Positions 9,555 to 18,779 of a DNA stretch of 32,883 bases are shown piece by piece. Origin of the DNA: Candidatus Asgardarchaeum abyssi (GTDB taxonomy: Archaea; Asgardarchaeota; Asgardarchaeia; Asgardarchaeales; Asgardarchaeaceae); contig JBECUL010000023.1 in NCBI GenBank assembly GCA_040225955.1, positions 1 to 32,883 of the forward strand, read 5' to 3'. Position 1 is the stretch's first letter; each line of letters begins with the position of its first letter. The position numbers and the translations under genes are program-made. Under the pieces are notes generated by a model. That model was not told the origin of the DNA and ran no database searches. It saw only the letters and a list, made by a program, of their open reading frames with translations.

Positions 9555-10259
9555 ATGATTAAAGAATTAATGGGATTCGCAATGAAAATATTGAGGAATG
9601 TTGAGAGCCTCTTTTGGAAGATAGTTGACTATTACGAAAAATGGAATAAAACTTCTTGCCAGCAACGCTTGGAAGTCTTAACTTTGGAGGAAATACCTTG
9701 TACTGCATTCCTTAAGATATTTGATAAGATTACTATGAAATTATTATCTATCTCTATTCCTGGTTTTTCTTGCGAAGCTTCTAAGGAAGGAGATTCATAC
9801 ACGTTCATTTTTAACTTAGAAAAAGAATTCTTCATATACTCTAACGGAAAGATCGTCGTTAAACGATGCGAAAACGATAAAGAACTGAGGGCTCTAATTT
9901 CTAAATTAATCCCAAACATAGATCCATGTAAGGATATTGGAAATATTAGATATACAGTTCCTTGTGCAGAAGTTCTCCCTCGATATGAAGCATATATTTT
10001 AAATAGATTGATTGATGTTGATGAGGTTATTAAGCATATAGAGACAATAAAACCAGAGTTTCATAGATTAGAGCATAGGAAAATAGTCTTTTTGGATAAA
10101 CAAATAATTAATGGAACTATAGCATATCACTTTATATTGAAATTTACGTGTCGAGATAATAAAGTATCAAGCATATTCTATGAAAAGTATCCAATTCTAG
10201 TTAAACTAGATGCTCCGATAATAATATTTAAAGAGATAATTTCCATAATTAAAGGTTAA
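9555..10259 (+). CDS. Hypothetical protein with a possible TBP-like fold segment
   Basis: 234-aa ORF; FFIYSNGKIVVKRCENDKELRALISKL resembles the TBP-fold IFxxGKxVxxG-helix pattern. Confidence 0.55.
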   Translation: MIKELMGFAMKILRNVESLFWKIVDYYEKWNKTSCQQRLEVLTLEEIPCTAFLKIFDKITMKLLSISIPGFSCEASKEGDSYTFIFNLEKEFFIYSNGKIVVKRCENDKELRALISKLIPNIDPCKDIGNIRYTVPCAEVLPRYEAYILNRLIDVDEVIKHIETIKPEFHRLEHRKIVFLDKQIINGTIAYHFILKFTCRDNKVSSIFYEKYPILVKLDAPIIIFKEIISIIKG

Positions 10260-10315
10260 TAAGATTTAATGCATGTCATTTTATTTATCAGCACTAATAT
10301 CAAATTAACTTTTAA

Positions 10316-10933
10316 TTATGACTTAATCGGAAGACCTAGTTTATCTAGTAGTTTTTTTAGTTCTATCATGTCATTTACAAAAAGATACTCCATTTGTCTA
10401 TTGTATAGCACAGCTGCTGGGTGGAACGTGGGGTATATATAAATCTGTTGAAATATGATATCGACTTTTAGGACCTGACCGTGAAGTTTCGTAATTCCTT
10501 TAGGAGTAAAACCGAATTTCTTTAAAATGTATTTGGTTGAGTGATTGCCTAGGGTGATAATAACCTTAGGGCTCATAAGAGTTATTTGTTTTTCTAAATA
10601 TGGAGAACATGCCTCTATTTCTGATTGCAGAGGATCACGATTATTAGGAGGCCTACATTTTATAACATTCGTTATATACACTTCTGACCTATCAACCCCT
10701 AATTTTTCTCTTAAAATTTTCTCAAGTAGTTTTCCAGCAGCTCCGACAAATGGACGCCCCTCTATATCTTCTTGTCTTCCAGGGGCTTCTCCTATAAACA
10801 TAACACCTGAGAATGGATTTCCTTCTCCTGGAACAGCATTTGTTCTTCCTTTATGAAGAGGACACTTTTTACAGTTTAGTATTTCACTATTTAATTCTTC
10901 TAATTTTTTCATTATTTCTTCTTTATCTGCCAT
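10316..10933 (-). CDS. udg: Family 4 uracil-DNA glycosylase ([4Fe-4S])
   Basis: CKKCPL, GEAPG, GRPFVGAAG, TNVIKCRPPNNRDP, C, and TFHPAAVL motifs. Confidence 0.95.
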   Translation of the reverse strand: MADKEEIMKKLEELNSEILNCKKCPLHKGRTNAVPGEGNPFSGVMFIGEAPGRQEDIEGRPFVGAAGKLLEKILREKLGVDRSEVYITNVIKCRPPNNRDPLQSEIEACSPYLEKQITLMSPKVIITLGNHSTKYILKKFGFTPKGITKLHGQVLKVDIIFQQIYIYPTFHPAAVLYNRQMEYLFVNDMIELKKLLDKLGLPIKS

Positions 10934-10940
10934 ACTATCA

Positions 10941-12107
10941 CTACCTAAACTCTGCTAATAGCTCCATTTCAAGAATTTTCAGGTTTTCTATTACTGATTT
11001 TTTAACAGTAGAAAATATGACAAGAAGAGAAAGTACTAAAAGAAAAGCAGCAATACTTGTTGCTACAGTAAATGAAATTAGAAGTATTGTTATATTAGTT
11101 ATCTTATAAATGAATATTAGTGCTGATATTGAAAGGACAATAGAAATTAAGTATGGTGCAAAAACTATAAAAAGAAGTTCATATAGCGTTATTTTTATTA
11201 TATCTTTATTTGTCCAACCTATAGTTTTCATAACACTAATTTCCATTTTTCTACGAACATTTTCAGATTTCCATATGGCGTAATATCCAGCACTGCCAGT
11301 AAACACGATTATAAATGAAATTATGATCCCCGCGCGTGATATGATATAAATTAAAAGTTGTCTGTAATATGGTAAATTAGTTAAACAAACAATGCTAAAT
11401 GTAGTAGTTAGCGTCGTTGAAAGCATAGTGATCAGGGATATTAAAAAAAGTAATATATACAGAATAGGATTTCTTAATATTCTCCTAAGAGCGTAATATC
11501 TGTATTTATTAAATGATGATAAAAACTTCCATGACATCTCGTAAAAAATAGGAACATGAGAAAGCGCAGTAACTATTGGTATCTCAGCTGCTTTCATGGC
11601 CACATAATAGGATAATAGTGTGGGGAGTAAAAGCCCAATAATAAAAATAAATCCGCTCCATGCTGTATAGGGATATTCTCTAGAAAAAGGATATGCGCCT
11701 ATATAAATACGCCAACCAAATATCAGTGATATGACAAAATTTGATCCAAAAACAACACCGATTAAACTGCCGGCAAATCCTAAAAGAGCCCCTTGTAATA
11801 CAAATAAGTGTAAAATAAATTTATTTGGATATCCTATAGTTTTTAGCACGCCTATTATTTCACGACGATCAATAAACATATTAAACATTATGAAAAACAC
11901 AAAAATAGATCCCATAAGTAAAGAGGATAGCCCCATTATTAGTATCATATTTTCTAAGATAATTGCTCCTGGCACATGGGTTAGTACATTATGAAGAATT
12001 CCGGATGCAGTTAATGTTCCTGTGCCAGCTGCTAATGCGATCACAGCTAAGCTTGTTTTTCCTCCTGCTCTAATTAACATCCTTTTTGTAAGTAGAAGCA
12101 ATTTCAT
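10941..12107 (-). CDS. FtsX-like ABC permease (two FtsX repeats, little soluble domain)
   Basis: RREIIGVLKTIG and RKMEISVMKTIG signatures; about 8 TM segments; 4-nt overlap with the ATPase gene. Confidence 0.85.
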   Translation of the reverse strand: MKLLLLTKRMLIRAGGKTSLAVIALAAGTGTLTASGILHNVLTHVPGAIILENMILIMGLSSLLMGSIFVFFIMFNMFIDRREIIGVLKTIGYPNKFILHLFVLQGALLGFAGSLIGVVFGSNFVISLIFGWRIYIGAYPFSREYPYTAWSGFIFIIGLLLPTLLSYYVAMKAAEIPIVTALSHVPIFYEMSWKFLSSFNKYRYYALRRILRNPILYILLFLISLITMLSTTLTTTFSIVCLTNLPYYRQLLIYIISRAGIIISFIIVFTGSAGYYAIWKSENVRRKMEISVMKTIGWTNKDIIKITLYELLFIVFAPYLISIVLSISALIFIYKITNITILLISFTVATSIAAFLLVLSLLVIFSTVKKSVIENLKILEMELLAEFR

Positions 12108-12829
12108 CTTTCAAAGACACCTTTCCGTAGTGTTCCATTCTCTAATTGATAGACCTTATTTGCATATCTTAAAATATTTAAATCATGTGTTACTACTACC
12201 AATGTCTTTCCCAACTCTTTATTGATCTTATGAAAGATTTCACTTATTTTCTGAGAAGTCCTGACATCTAAATTCCCAGTTGGCTCATCAGCTATTAATA
12301 TTTGAGGGTTATTTGCTATAGCACGTGCTATAGCAACTCGTTGCTGCTCTCCTCCAGATAATTGGTCTGGAAAACGATTATAATACTCCGGGCCAAGACC
12401 TACAAGTTCGAGCACTTTAACAGCTCTTTCATAAGTGCGATATTTAATTGTCCTAACTCCTATTTTTCGCTCTATAACATAAATACGCTCACTCTCAGGG
12501 TATATTAAATCAAGAGCTAACTCAACATTTTCTATAACTGTTAACTCAGGAACTAAATAGAAAAATTGAAAAACAAAGCCAATATAGTGCCTTCTAAAAA
12601 ATGTTAATTCGTTCTCACTCATCTTCGACAGTCTATGACCAGCAACTATGACCTCACCCTTCGTAGGTTTATCGATTCCAGAAATTATATTCAGTAGTGT
12701 AGTTTTACCAGCACCTGATGGACCAGTTATTACAACGAAATCTCCCTTATCAATGGTTAAATTTATAGATTTAAGAATGTATTTTGAATTATATTTTTTA
12801 TATATGTCTATCAATTCTATGATACTCAA
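12104..12829 (-). CDS. ABC transporter ATP-binding protein (LolD/MacB type)
   Basis: GPSGAGKT, IGFVFQF, LSGGEQQRVAIARA, ADEPTGNLD, VTHD. Confidence 0.95.
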   Translation of the reverse strand: MSIIELIDIYKKYNSKYILKSINLTIDKGDFVVITGPSGAGKTTLLNIISGIDKPTKGEVIVAGHRLSKMSENELTFFRRHYIGFVFQFFYLVPELTVIENVELALDLIYPESERIYVIERKIGVRTIKYRTYERAVKVLELVGLGPEYYNRFPDQLSGGEQQRVAIARAIANNPQILIADEPTGNLDVRTSQKISEIFHKINKELGKTLVVVTHDLNILRYANKVYQLENGTLRKGVFER

Positions 12830-12902
12830 TGCAATCCCTCGTGAAAGTCAATGATTTGATATCAACAAATATATAGAGTTATTCTATTGAAAAACTTTTT
12901 CG

Positions 12903-13496
12903 GTGAGGGAAATGCTTAAGCCAATAAAAAGAGAATTTTATAACAGACATACTGTTTCTGTTGCTAAAGAACTACTCGGTCATTTTCTAGTTAGAAAAAT
13001 TGGAAATGACCTAATTGTTGGAAAAATTGTTGAAGTTGAGGCTTATCGTGGAGAGGATGATCCAGGGAGTCATGCGTACAGAGGTGTGACTCCTAGGACA
13101 AAAATAATGTTCGGCGAGCCAGGACATGCATATGTATACCTAATTTATGGAATATACTACTGTTTAAACGTAACAACGGAACCAGAGGGACAAGCGGGTG
13201 CTGTACTAATACGAGCTGTAGAACCAATACAGGGTATTGAAATCATCAAGAGGAACAGGAAAGTAGATAACCTAAAGAATTTAACAAATGGTCCAGCAAG
13301 AGTTACTATGGGTTTCGATATAGATAAACGATTTAATGGAATAGATATGACAAAGTACGGTCCGCTATTTATAGCTGAAAATCCAAGAAAAGGCAATTTT
13401 GAAATTGTTGAGAGACCGAGAATTGGAATTAAAGTTGGGCTTGATAAGTTATGGAGATTTTATATCAAGGGGAATCCATTTGTTTCTAAATTATAA
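12903..13496 (+). CDS. mpg: 3-methyladenine DNA glycosylase (MPG/AAG family)
   Basis: VAKELLG, IVEVEAY, DPGSH, YVYLIYGIYYCLN, AVLIRAVEP, NGP and RIGI...WRF motifs. Confidence 0.93.
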   Translation: MREMLKPIKREFYNRHTVSVAKELLGHFLVRKIGNDLIVGKIVEVEAYRGEDDPGSHAYRGVTPRTKIMFGEPGHAYVYLIYGIYYCLNVTTEPEGQAGAVLIRAVEPIQGIEIIKRNRKVDNLKNLTNGPARVTMGFDIDKRFNGIDMTKYGPLFIAENPRKGNFEIVERPRIGIKVGLDKLWRFYIKGNPFVSKL

Positions 13497-13565
13497 CTCA
13501 AAAAGTTTAATTTCGAATAGTACTATTATTAACATAATAAATCAATGTATAATATGTGATTTCTT

Positions 13566-14666
13566 ATGGAATTAAAAGACTCTCATACTTTCTCAAAAAT
13601 GGATGATGTGCGTTTAGTATATCCTTTCCCAGCTATTGTTGGTCAAGAGCTTTTAAAACGAGCTTTAATATTACTAGCGATAAATCCAAAAATTGGTGGT
13701 CTACTAATACGTGGAGAAAAGGGTTCTGGTAAGAGCACTGCTGTTCGAGCGCTGGCTGAGTTATTACCAGAAATAGAAGTTGTTGATGGCTGTCCATTCA
13801 ATTGCAATCCTCACGATATAACAAATATGTGCGAAAATTGTAGAACTAGATATCTAAGTGGTGAAAAATTGCCTACTAAACGGAAACGTATGAAAATAAT
13901 CACATTACCCCTAGGAGCTACCGAGGATAGAGTTCTAGGAACAATAGATATAGAGGCTGTATTAAAAGAAGGAATTAAAGCCTTTCAACCAGGAATATTA
14001 GCAGAAGCTAATCAAAATATATTGTATATAGATGAGATAAATTTGCTACCAGATCATATAGTTGATGATATTTTGGATGCCGCAGCATCTGGTTGGAACA
14101 CTGTCGAAAGAGAAGGCATCTCAGTTACGCACCCAGCCCGATTTATTTTGATTGGGACGATGAATCCTGAGGAAGGAGATTTGAGACCACAATTATTAGA
14201 TAGACTTCCTCTTTCTGTAACTATTTATGGAACTTATGATGAGAGAGAAAGGGTTGAGATAATTAAAAGGAATATGATGTTTATTGAGGATCCTATTAAC
14301 TTTAGAGAGAAATATAATGAGGAGATTCAAAAATTACGTAAGAAAATAGAAGAGGCTATAGCTCTTCTTCCTAGAGTCAAAATTGATGACTTCTATTTAA
14401 TGATAATAGCAAAAATGTGCACTAAATTGAAAGTAGATGGTCATAGACCAGATATAATAATAGCTATTACTGCAAAAACAAATGCTGCATTTGAGGGAAG
14501 AGAAGAAGTAAAAATTGAAGATGTAGAGATTGCATCGCTGCTTGCATTAGGCCATCGTACAAGAAGTGGAGGTTATGAAGAACCAGCTACTCCAAATCAA
14601 ATAAGAAGCGCACTAGTAGAGGCAGCCAAGGAGATTGAGAAATTTTTTCGTGAAGACAAGAGGTAG
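13566..14666 (+). CDS. Mg/Co-chelatase subunit I-like AAA+ ATPase (ChlI/BchI family)
   Basis: [61 protein letters not shown]. Confidence 0.93.
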   Translation: MELKDSHTFSKMDDVRLVYPFPAIVGQELLKRALILLAINPKIGGLLIRGEKGSGKSTAVRALAELLPEIEVVDGCPFNCNPHDITNMCENCRTRYLSGEKLPTKRKRMKIITLPLGATEDRVLGTIDIEAVLKEGIKAFQPGILAEANQNILYIDEINLLPDHIVDDILDAAASGWNTVEREGISVTHPARFILIGTMNPEEGDLRPQLLDRLPLSVTIYGTYDERERVEIIKRNMMFIEDPINFREKYNEEIQKLRKKIEEAIALLPRVKIDDFYLMIIAKMCTKLKVDGHRPDIIIAITAKTNAAFEGREEVKIEDVEIASLLALGHRTRSGGYEEPATPNQIRSALVEAAKEIEKFFREDKR

Positions 14667-15975
14667 TAGAATCTCACTTCTAGATTCTCGTGAGGCAAAG
14701 ATAAAAGACTTTAAACTTCCATACAAAGAAGACGCTAAAAAGGTAAAAGGGTCTTTACCATCAAGAGACATATCTGGAAAAACTAGAATTCCATTATCGA
14801 TAATTAAAACACCACCAAGAAAAGTTGGAAGGAAGGGTTATTTTTCATATTCCATACAAGCTATAACAAGAAGTGTAAAGAGACTGGGAGGAAAGATTGG
14901 TAGGCTCTGGAGTCATGAAAAAACAGAACATTTTCTAATTACACAATATAAAGATGAAAGCCGAAAAATTCCGCTTGCTAAAATCGTACCTGGCTTAGAG
15001 GAAGAAATTAAAGATAGCACTATCAGTAGTGCCCTAATTCTAAAAAAATTCATTGAAAAAATTCCAATGGACTACCCAAGAAAAACAAAATTTAGATGGC
15101 CTCTTAAATCAGTTAAGGAATTAAGAGGAGAGATTGGTCGAAGGGAAATTATAGTAAAGACTCGAAAAGGAAGAGCTTTTGGATACGAAAAGGCCAAAGA
15201 AATTAGTGACCTTGCTATACTTCCCACAATAAGAACAGCTATTATTAGGCGATCTCATCTTTTTAGGCAAGGAAAAATTGCTGTTTCAACAGACGATTTG
15301 ATGGGTTATCGTTATAAATTCAAAGCCAAAGTTACAATTATTTTAATTTTAGATACCAGTACCTCTATGATGCCACATATAATAACTCTTGCAGATACAT
15401 TATCTATTATTCAGAAAGACATTAAGATGTATAGAGATAGAGTGTGTGTAATTGCTGTTCAAGGTAAAAAGGCTAAAGTAATAATTCACCCGACGACAAA
15501 TATCTATATTGTACAGAGAGCTGTTAGAGAGATGCCTATAGGAGGATCATCTCCATTGGCAGATGGCCTCCTTAAGGGATTACAAATCATACGACATGAA
15601 AAAAGGAGAAATTCAAATATTATTGCTCTGCCAATAGTTATTACTGACGGCCTTGCAAATGTACCACTTTACGATAACGAAAGTTATAAGGAGATTGATA
15701 CTGGGTATCCAGCGCAATTAGATGTTCTTAGAATTGCAAGGCTTTATCGACATGAAGGAGTTCCAATAGTAGTAATAAATCCGATTGAAAATGATGAGTG
15801 GATTTCAAGAGGCTTTATATCCCCAACACTATTAGCTAAGAAAATTGCAGAGATTACTAACGGTTCTTATTATGGATATAAAACTGGCTTTTTCAGAACA
15901 ACTCTAACAACAAATGAACTCACATCGGTTTTAAGAGAAGAAATTAGAAAAGCAAAAATTAGAAGTGCTGGTTAG
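14635..15975 (+). CDS. VWA-domain protein (ChlD C-terminal-like)
   Basis: PTIRTA motif, [30 protein letters not shown]. The start is uncertain (TTG 14635 or GTG 14650), or the frame is reached by frameshifting. Confidence 0.85.
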   Translation: MRNFFVKTRGSRISLLDSREAKIKDFKLPYKEDAKKVKGSLPSRDISGKTRIPLSIIKTPPRKVGRKGYFSYSIQAITRSVKRLGGKIGRLWSHEKTEHFLITQYKDESRKIPLAKIVPGLEEEIKDSTISSALILKKFIEKIPMDYPRKTKFRWPLKSVKELRGEIGRREIIVKTRKGRAFGYEKAKEISDLAILPTIRTAIIRRSHLFRQGKIAVSTDDLMGYRYKFKAKVTIILILDTSTSMMPHIITLADTLSIIQKDIKMYRDRVCVIAVQGKKAKVIIHPTTNIYIVQRAVREMPIGGSSPLADGLLKGLQIIRHEKRRNSNIIALPIVITDGLANVPLYDNESYKEIDTGYPAQLDVLRIARLYRHEGVPIVVINPIENDEWISRGFISPTLLAKKIAEITNGSYYGYKTGFFRTTLTTNELTSVLREEIRKAKIRSAG

Positions 15976-15988
15976 TTTTTCATATAAT

Positions 15989-18352
15989 TTACATTCTTTC
16001 AAGTGGTTTTATACCTAAAAGGTTAAGTGCATTCCTTAAGACTATCCTTATTGAATCAACGAGTTTTACACGTGCTTTTTCAAGCTCTTTATCCTTAATA
16101 TTTAATACTTTTATCTTTGAGTAAAAATCAGAAAACATCAAAGCTAAAGATATTGCATACTGGCAAATTAAATCCGGTCTCAAAGTTCTTGCTGCTGTAT
16201 CGACAACACTAGGAAATTCCGACAGCTTTAAAATGATTCTCTTTTCGATCTCTGTATTTAACTTTGAATAATTAATTTCCTTTGGAACCTCTCTTCCCCA
16301 TTCTCGTAATATGCTACAAGCTCGTGCATGAGAGTATTGTATAAATGGAGCTGTATTTGCCTCTAATTTCAATGCTCTAGTTAATTCGATATCAAATGTT
16401 AAGCGCTTAGTTGGGGCAATATTCAATAAAGAGAACCTAATGGCACCAACAGCAACTCCTTCAACTATTTCTTTTAGTTTCTTTTCCTCTATGTCTTCAT
16501 ATTTTTTAAGGAGTATCTTTCTTTCTTCTAATAAAGTTCTAATCTCATCATATGTGCGGACTAATGCTATCTCGTAAAGTTCATCTATTGTTATATATCT
16601 TCCACGACGCCCTGCCATAGAGAAACCGGTTAAATCTACCATCTCATAATGTGCTGGATGAAACTTTTCAAGTATATCATGATATCCCATAAGGATCATA
16701 GCTGCGGCAACTTGCCTCTGAGGCAATTTTTGTTCAATTCCAATAACATTATAGACCTCATCAACCTTAAGAGCCTCAAACTTCCATAAAGTGTACGCAA
16801 TGTCACGTGTTGTGTATAATGTAGATCCATCAGATCTGCGTAAAACTAACTTTGGAGGAAGAAGCTCATCTAGCTTGCCTTCCTTTTTGGCTTTCTCGAT
16901 ATCTTTTTCCGATATACCAAAAACCTTTCTTACGTCTTCTCTTTCAAGACAGGCTCTTGGAAGATCCAAAATAACAGCTTTGGATGGAGGATCTTCATAT
17001 ATCAAATAACCAGATTTACTAAGACGTTTAAAGACCTCATCAACATAGCCCTGGAATATTAAATCGCTTTCCCAATCAAAAGAATCAAAGTGTATATCTA
17101 ATTTACTTAATGTTTCTTTAAATCCCTCTATTGTAAGTGAAGAGATTGTTCTAATAATTCTCTTTATTTCATCATTTCCTCTCTCATACTCAATTAAGAT
17201 CTTAGATATTTCTTGATCTATATTAGAAATTTGATATATTTTCCAATAAAGTTTCGAATATAGATCAGGGAACTTAACTTCAAGTTCCTTAGCAACATTT
17301 AGTAAATCTTGTATTTCATAAAATTCATTTAATAATGTGAAGGTGCCGACCTCAAAATCACCCCCACCATTAACAAATGCATTAAATACGTCTAAGAAAT
17401 CATTAAGAAAATCGTATTTTTTCCTAAGTTCTTTAAAGAGTTTACCCTGAAAAATATTCGTTTGGACTTCATTAATAGCGTTTTTTAATTGATCTATATA
17501 ATAGATCCAAGAATGTATAGATTTTGTCATTTCACTAATAATTGAAATTGTAACGTAAATGGGTTTTATCTGTCGTTCTAATTCTTGTATATTCTCATCT
17601 TCTAACTCCTTTTTAATTAGTATAAGAGTTTTCAAGAAAGATTTCCTAAAGTTTGTACAATTCTTAATAATCTGATCCCTCAAGCGATTTATCCTTTCTT
17701 TTATTTTCTTTAGCTCTAAAATTGTATTTGTTATTGCGTAAAGCCCACCAATCCAATGATCTGGTTTTATATCATTCTTATAACCTTCCGTATGCATATA
17801 TCCAAAACTTGTAATCGCTACTTGCAACCCAACATCATTAATATAGAAATGTCTTACTACGTCCGCGCCAAGAAATTTAAAAATCCTAGCTAACGTATCT
17901 CCAAACACAGAATTACGACCAGATCCTATATGCAGAGGATGTATGGGGTTAGCACTTGTGTGCTCAACCATTATCTTTTTTCCTTTTAGCTGATTCATTG
18001 ATCCATAAGTATGATCCTTATTTGAAATACTTGTAATAACCAGCTCGCTCACCTTTTCAGAATCTAAGACAAAATTGACAAAGCCACCTATCACGCGTAT
18101 CTCCTTTATCAGAGGATTTTTTTTCATATCTATGTTCTCTTTAATAGTATTTGCAACATCTTCTGGTTTCATACCGACTCTTTTTGCAATAGCAAAAGAA
18201 GATGGCGTACAGAGATCACCATGCTTTAGATCCTTTGGCTGTCTTATTATGACCTCTAACTTAAACTCAGAGCCAAATATTTTCCTTAAAGAATCGACTA
18301 CAGCATTTTTACAATAGTTCATAAGATAATTTAGTGGATCATCGACAATCAC
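15989..18352 (-). CDS. argS: Arginine--tRNA ligase with a large internal helical insertion
   Basis: HGDL, VEHTSANPIHPLHIGSGRN (HIGH), RSDGSTLYTTRDIAY, MAGRRGRY, PFIQYSHARACSIL (DALR), C-terminal LLGIKPLERM. Confidence 0.95.
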   Translation of the reverse strand: MIVDDPLNYLMNYCKNAVVDSLRKIFGSEFKLEVIIRQPKDLKHGDLCTPSSFAIAKRVGMKPEDVANTIKENIDMKKNPLIKEIRVIGGFVNFVLDSEKVSELVITSISNKDHTYGSMNQLKGKKIMVEHTSANPIHPLHIGSGRNSVFGDTLARIFKFLGADVVRHFYINDVGLQVAITSFGYMHTEGYKNDIKPDHWIGGLYAITNTILELKKIKERINRLRDQIIKNCTNFRKSFLKTLILIKKELEDENIQELERQIKPIYVTISIISEMTKSIHSWIYYIDQLKNAINEVQTNIFQGKLFKELRKKYDFLNDFLDVFNAFVNGGGDFEVGTFTLLNEFYEIQDLLNVAKELEVKFPDLYSKLYWKIYQISNIDQEISKILIEYERGNDEIKRIIRTISSLTIEGFKETLSKLDIHFDSFDWESDLIFQGYVDEVFKRLSKSGYLIYEDPPSKAVILDLPRACLEREDVRKVFGISEKDIEKAKKEGKLDELLPPKLVLRRSDGSTLYTTRDIAYTLWKFEALKVDEVYNVIGIEQKLPQRQVAAAMILMGYHDILEKFHPAHYEMVDLTGFSMAGRRGRYITIDELYEIALVRTYDEIRTLLEERKILLKKYEDIEEKKLKEIVEGVAVGAIRFSLLNIAPTKRLTFDIELTRALKLEANTAPFIQYSHARACSILREWGREVPKEINYSKLNTEIEKRIILKLSEFPSVVDTAARTLRPDLICQYAISLALMFSDFYSKIKVLNIKDKELEKARVKLVDSIRIVLRNALNLLGIKPLERM

Positions 18353-18438
18353 ACTTAAGCACCCACCTTAGAAAATAGATTAATAATAGTCTTTTTAATT
18401 TTGCTTTTGCAAAAACAAAAAGAAAGTGAATGATTTTC

Positions 18439-18585
18439 TTATTTTCCTAATTTTTTTAGTGCCTTTCTTATTCTTCTTGCAGCTTGAGAGAAATCGATGT
18501 ATTTATCTTCCCTCTCTAAAAATTCTGTAATATGATTTCCACGTGATTTAACAATTTTCTTTATAAAAGTAGTATCGTCCTCCAT
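18439..18585 (-). CDS. Small hypothetical protein (48 aa, MEDDTT...RRIRKALKKLGK)
   Basis: ATG at 18585 preceded by GGGGT; Lys/Arg-rich helical C-terminus. The upstream extension in the ORF track looks non-coding. Confidence 0.5.
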   Translation of the reverse strand: MEDDTTFIKKIVKSRGNHITEFLEREDKYIDFSQAARRIRKALKKLGK

Positions 18586-18779
18586 AGTTTCGAAACCCCA
18601 AACTACAATTATGTTTTTATTCTTGACATTTTTATTTATGGATTTAGTATGAATTAAATTTTTCGCACATTTTTTAGCAACAAAAGACACAAATCATATC
18701 TTTTAAATTTATCTTAGGCGGCTTTGTTATTTTTCCAACAGCTTATTGATTTATACTAGCGTGACTGTTATAAAGATGG

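Noticed and set aside
13566-15975. Chlorophyll biosynthesis
   Set aside because: ChlI/ChlD-like AAA+/VWA pairs are widespread in non-phototrophic archaea, and no other tetrapyrrole genes are present.
17300-17710. Intein in argS
   Set aside because: No C/S-start block A, no His-Asn-C/S/T end and no LAGLIDADG motifs.
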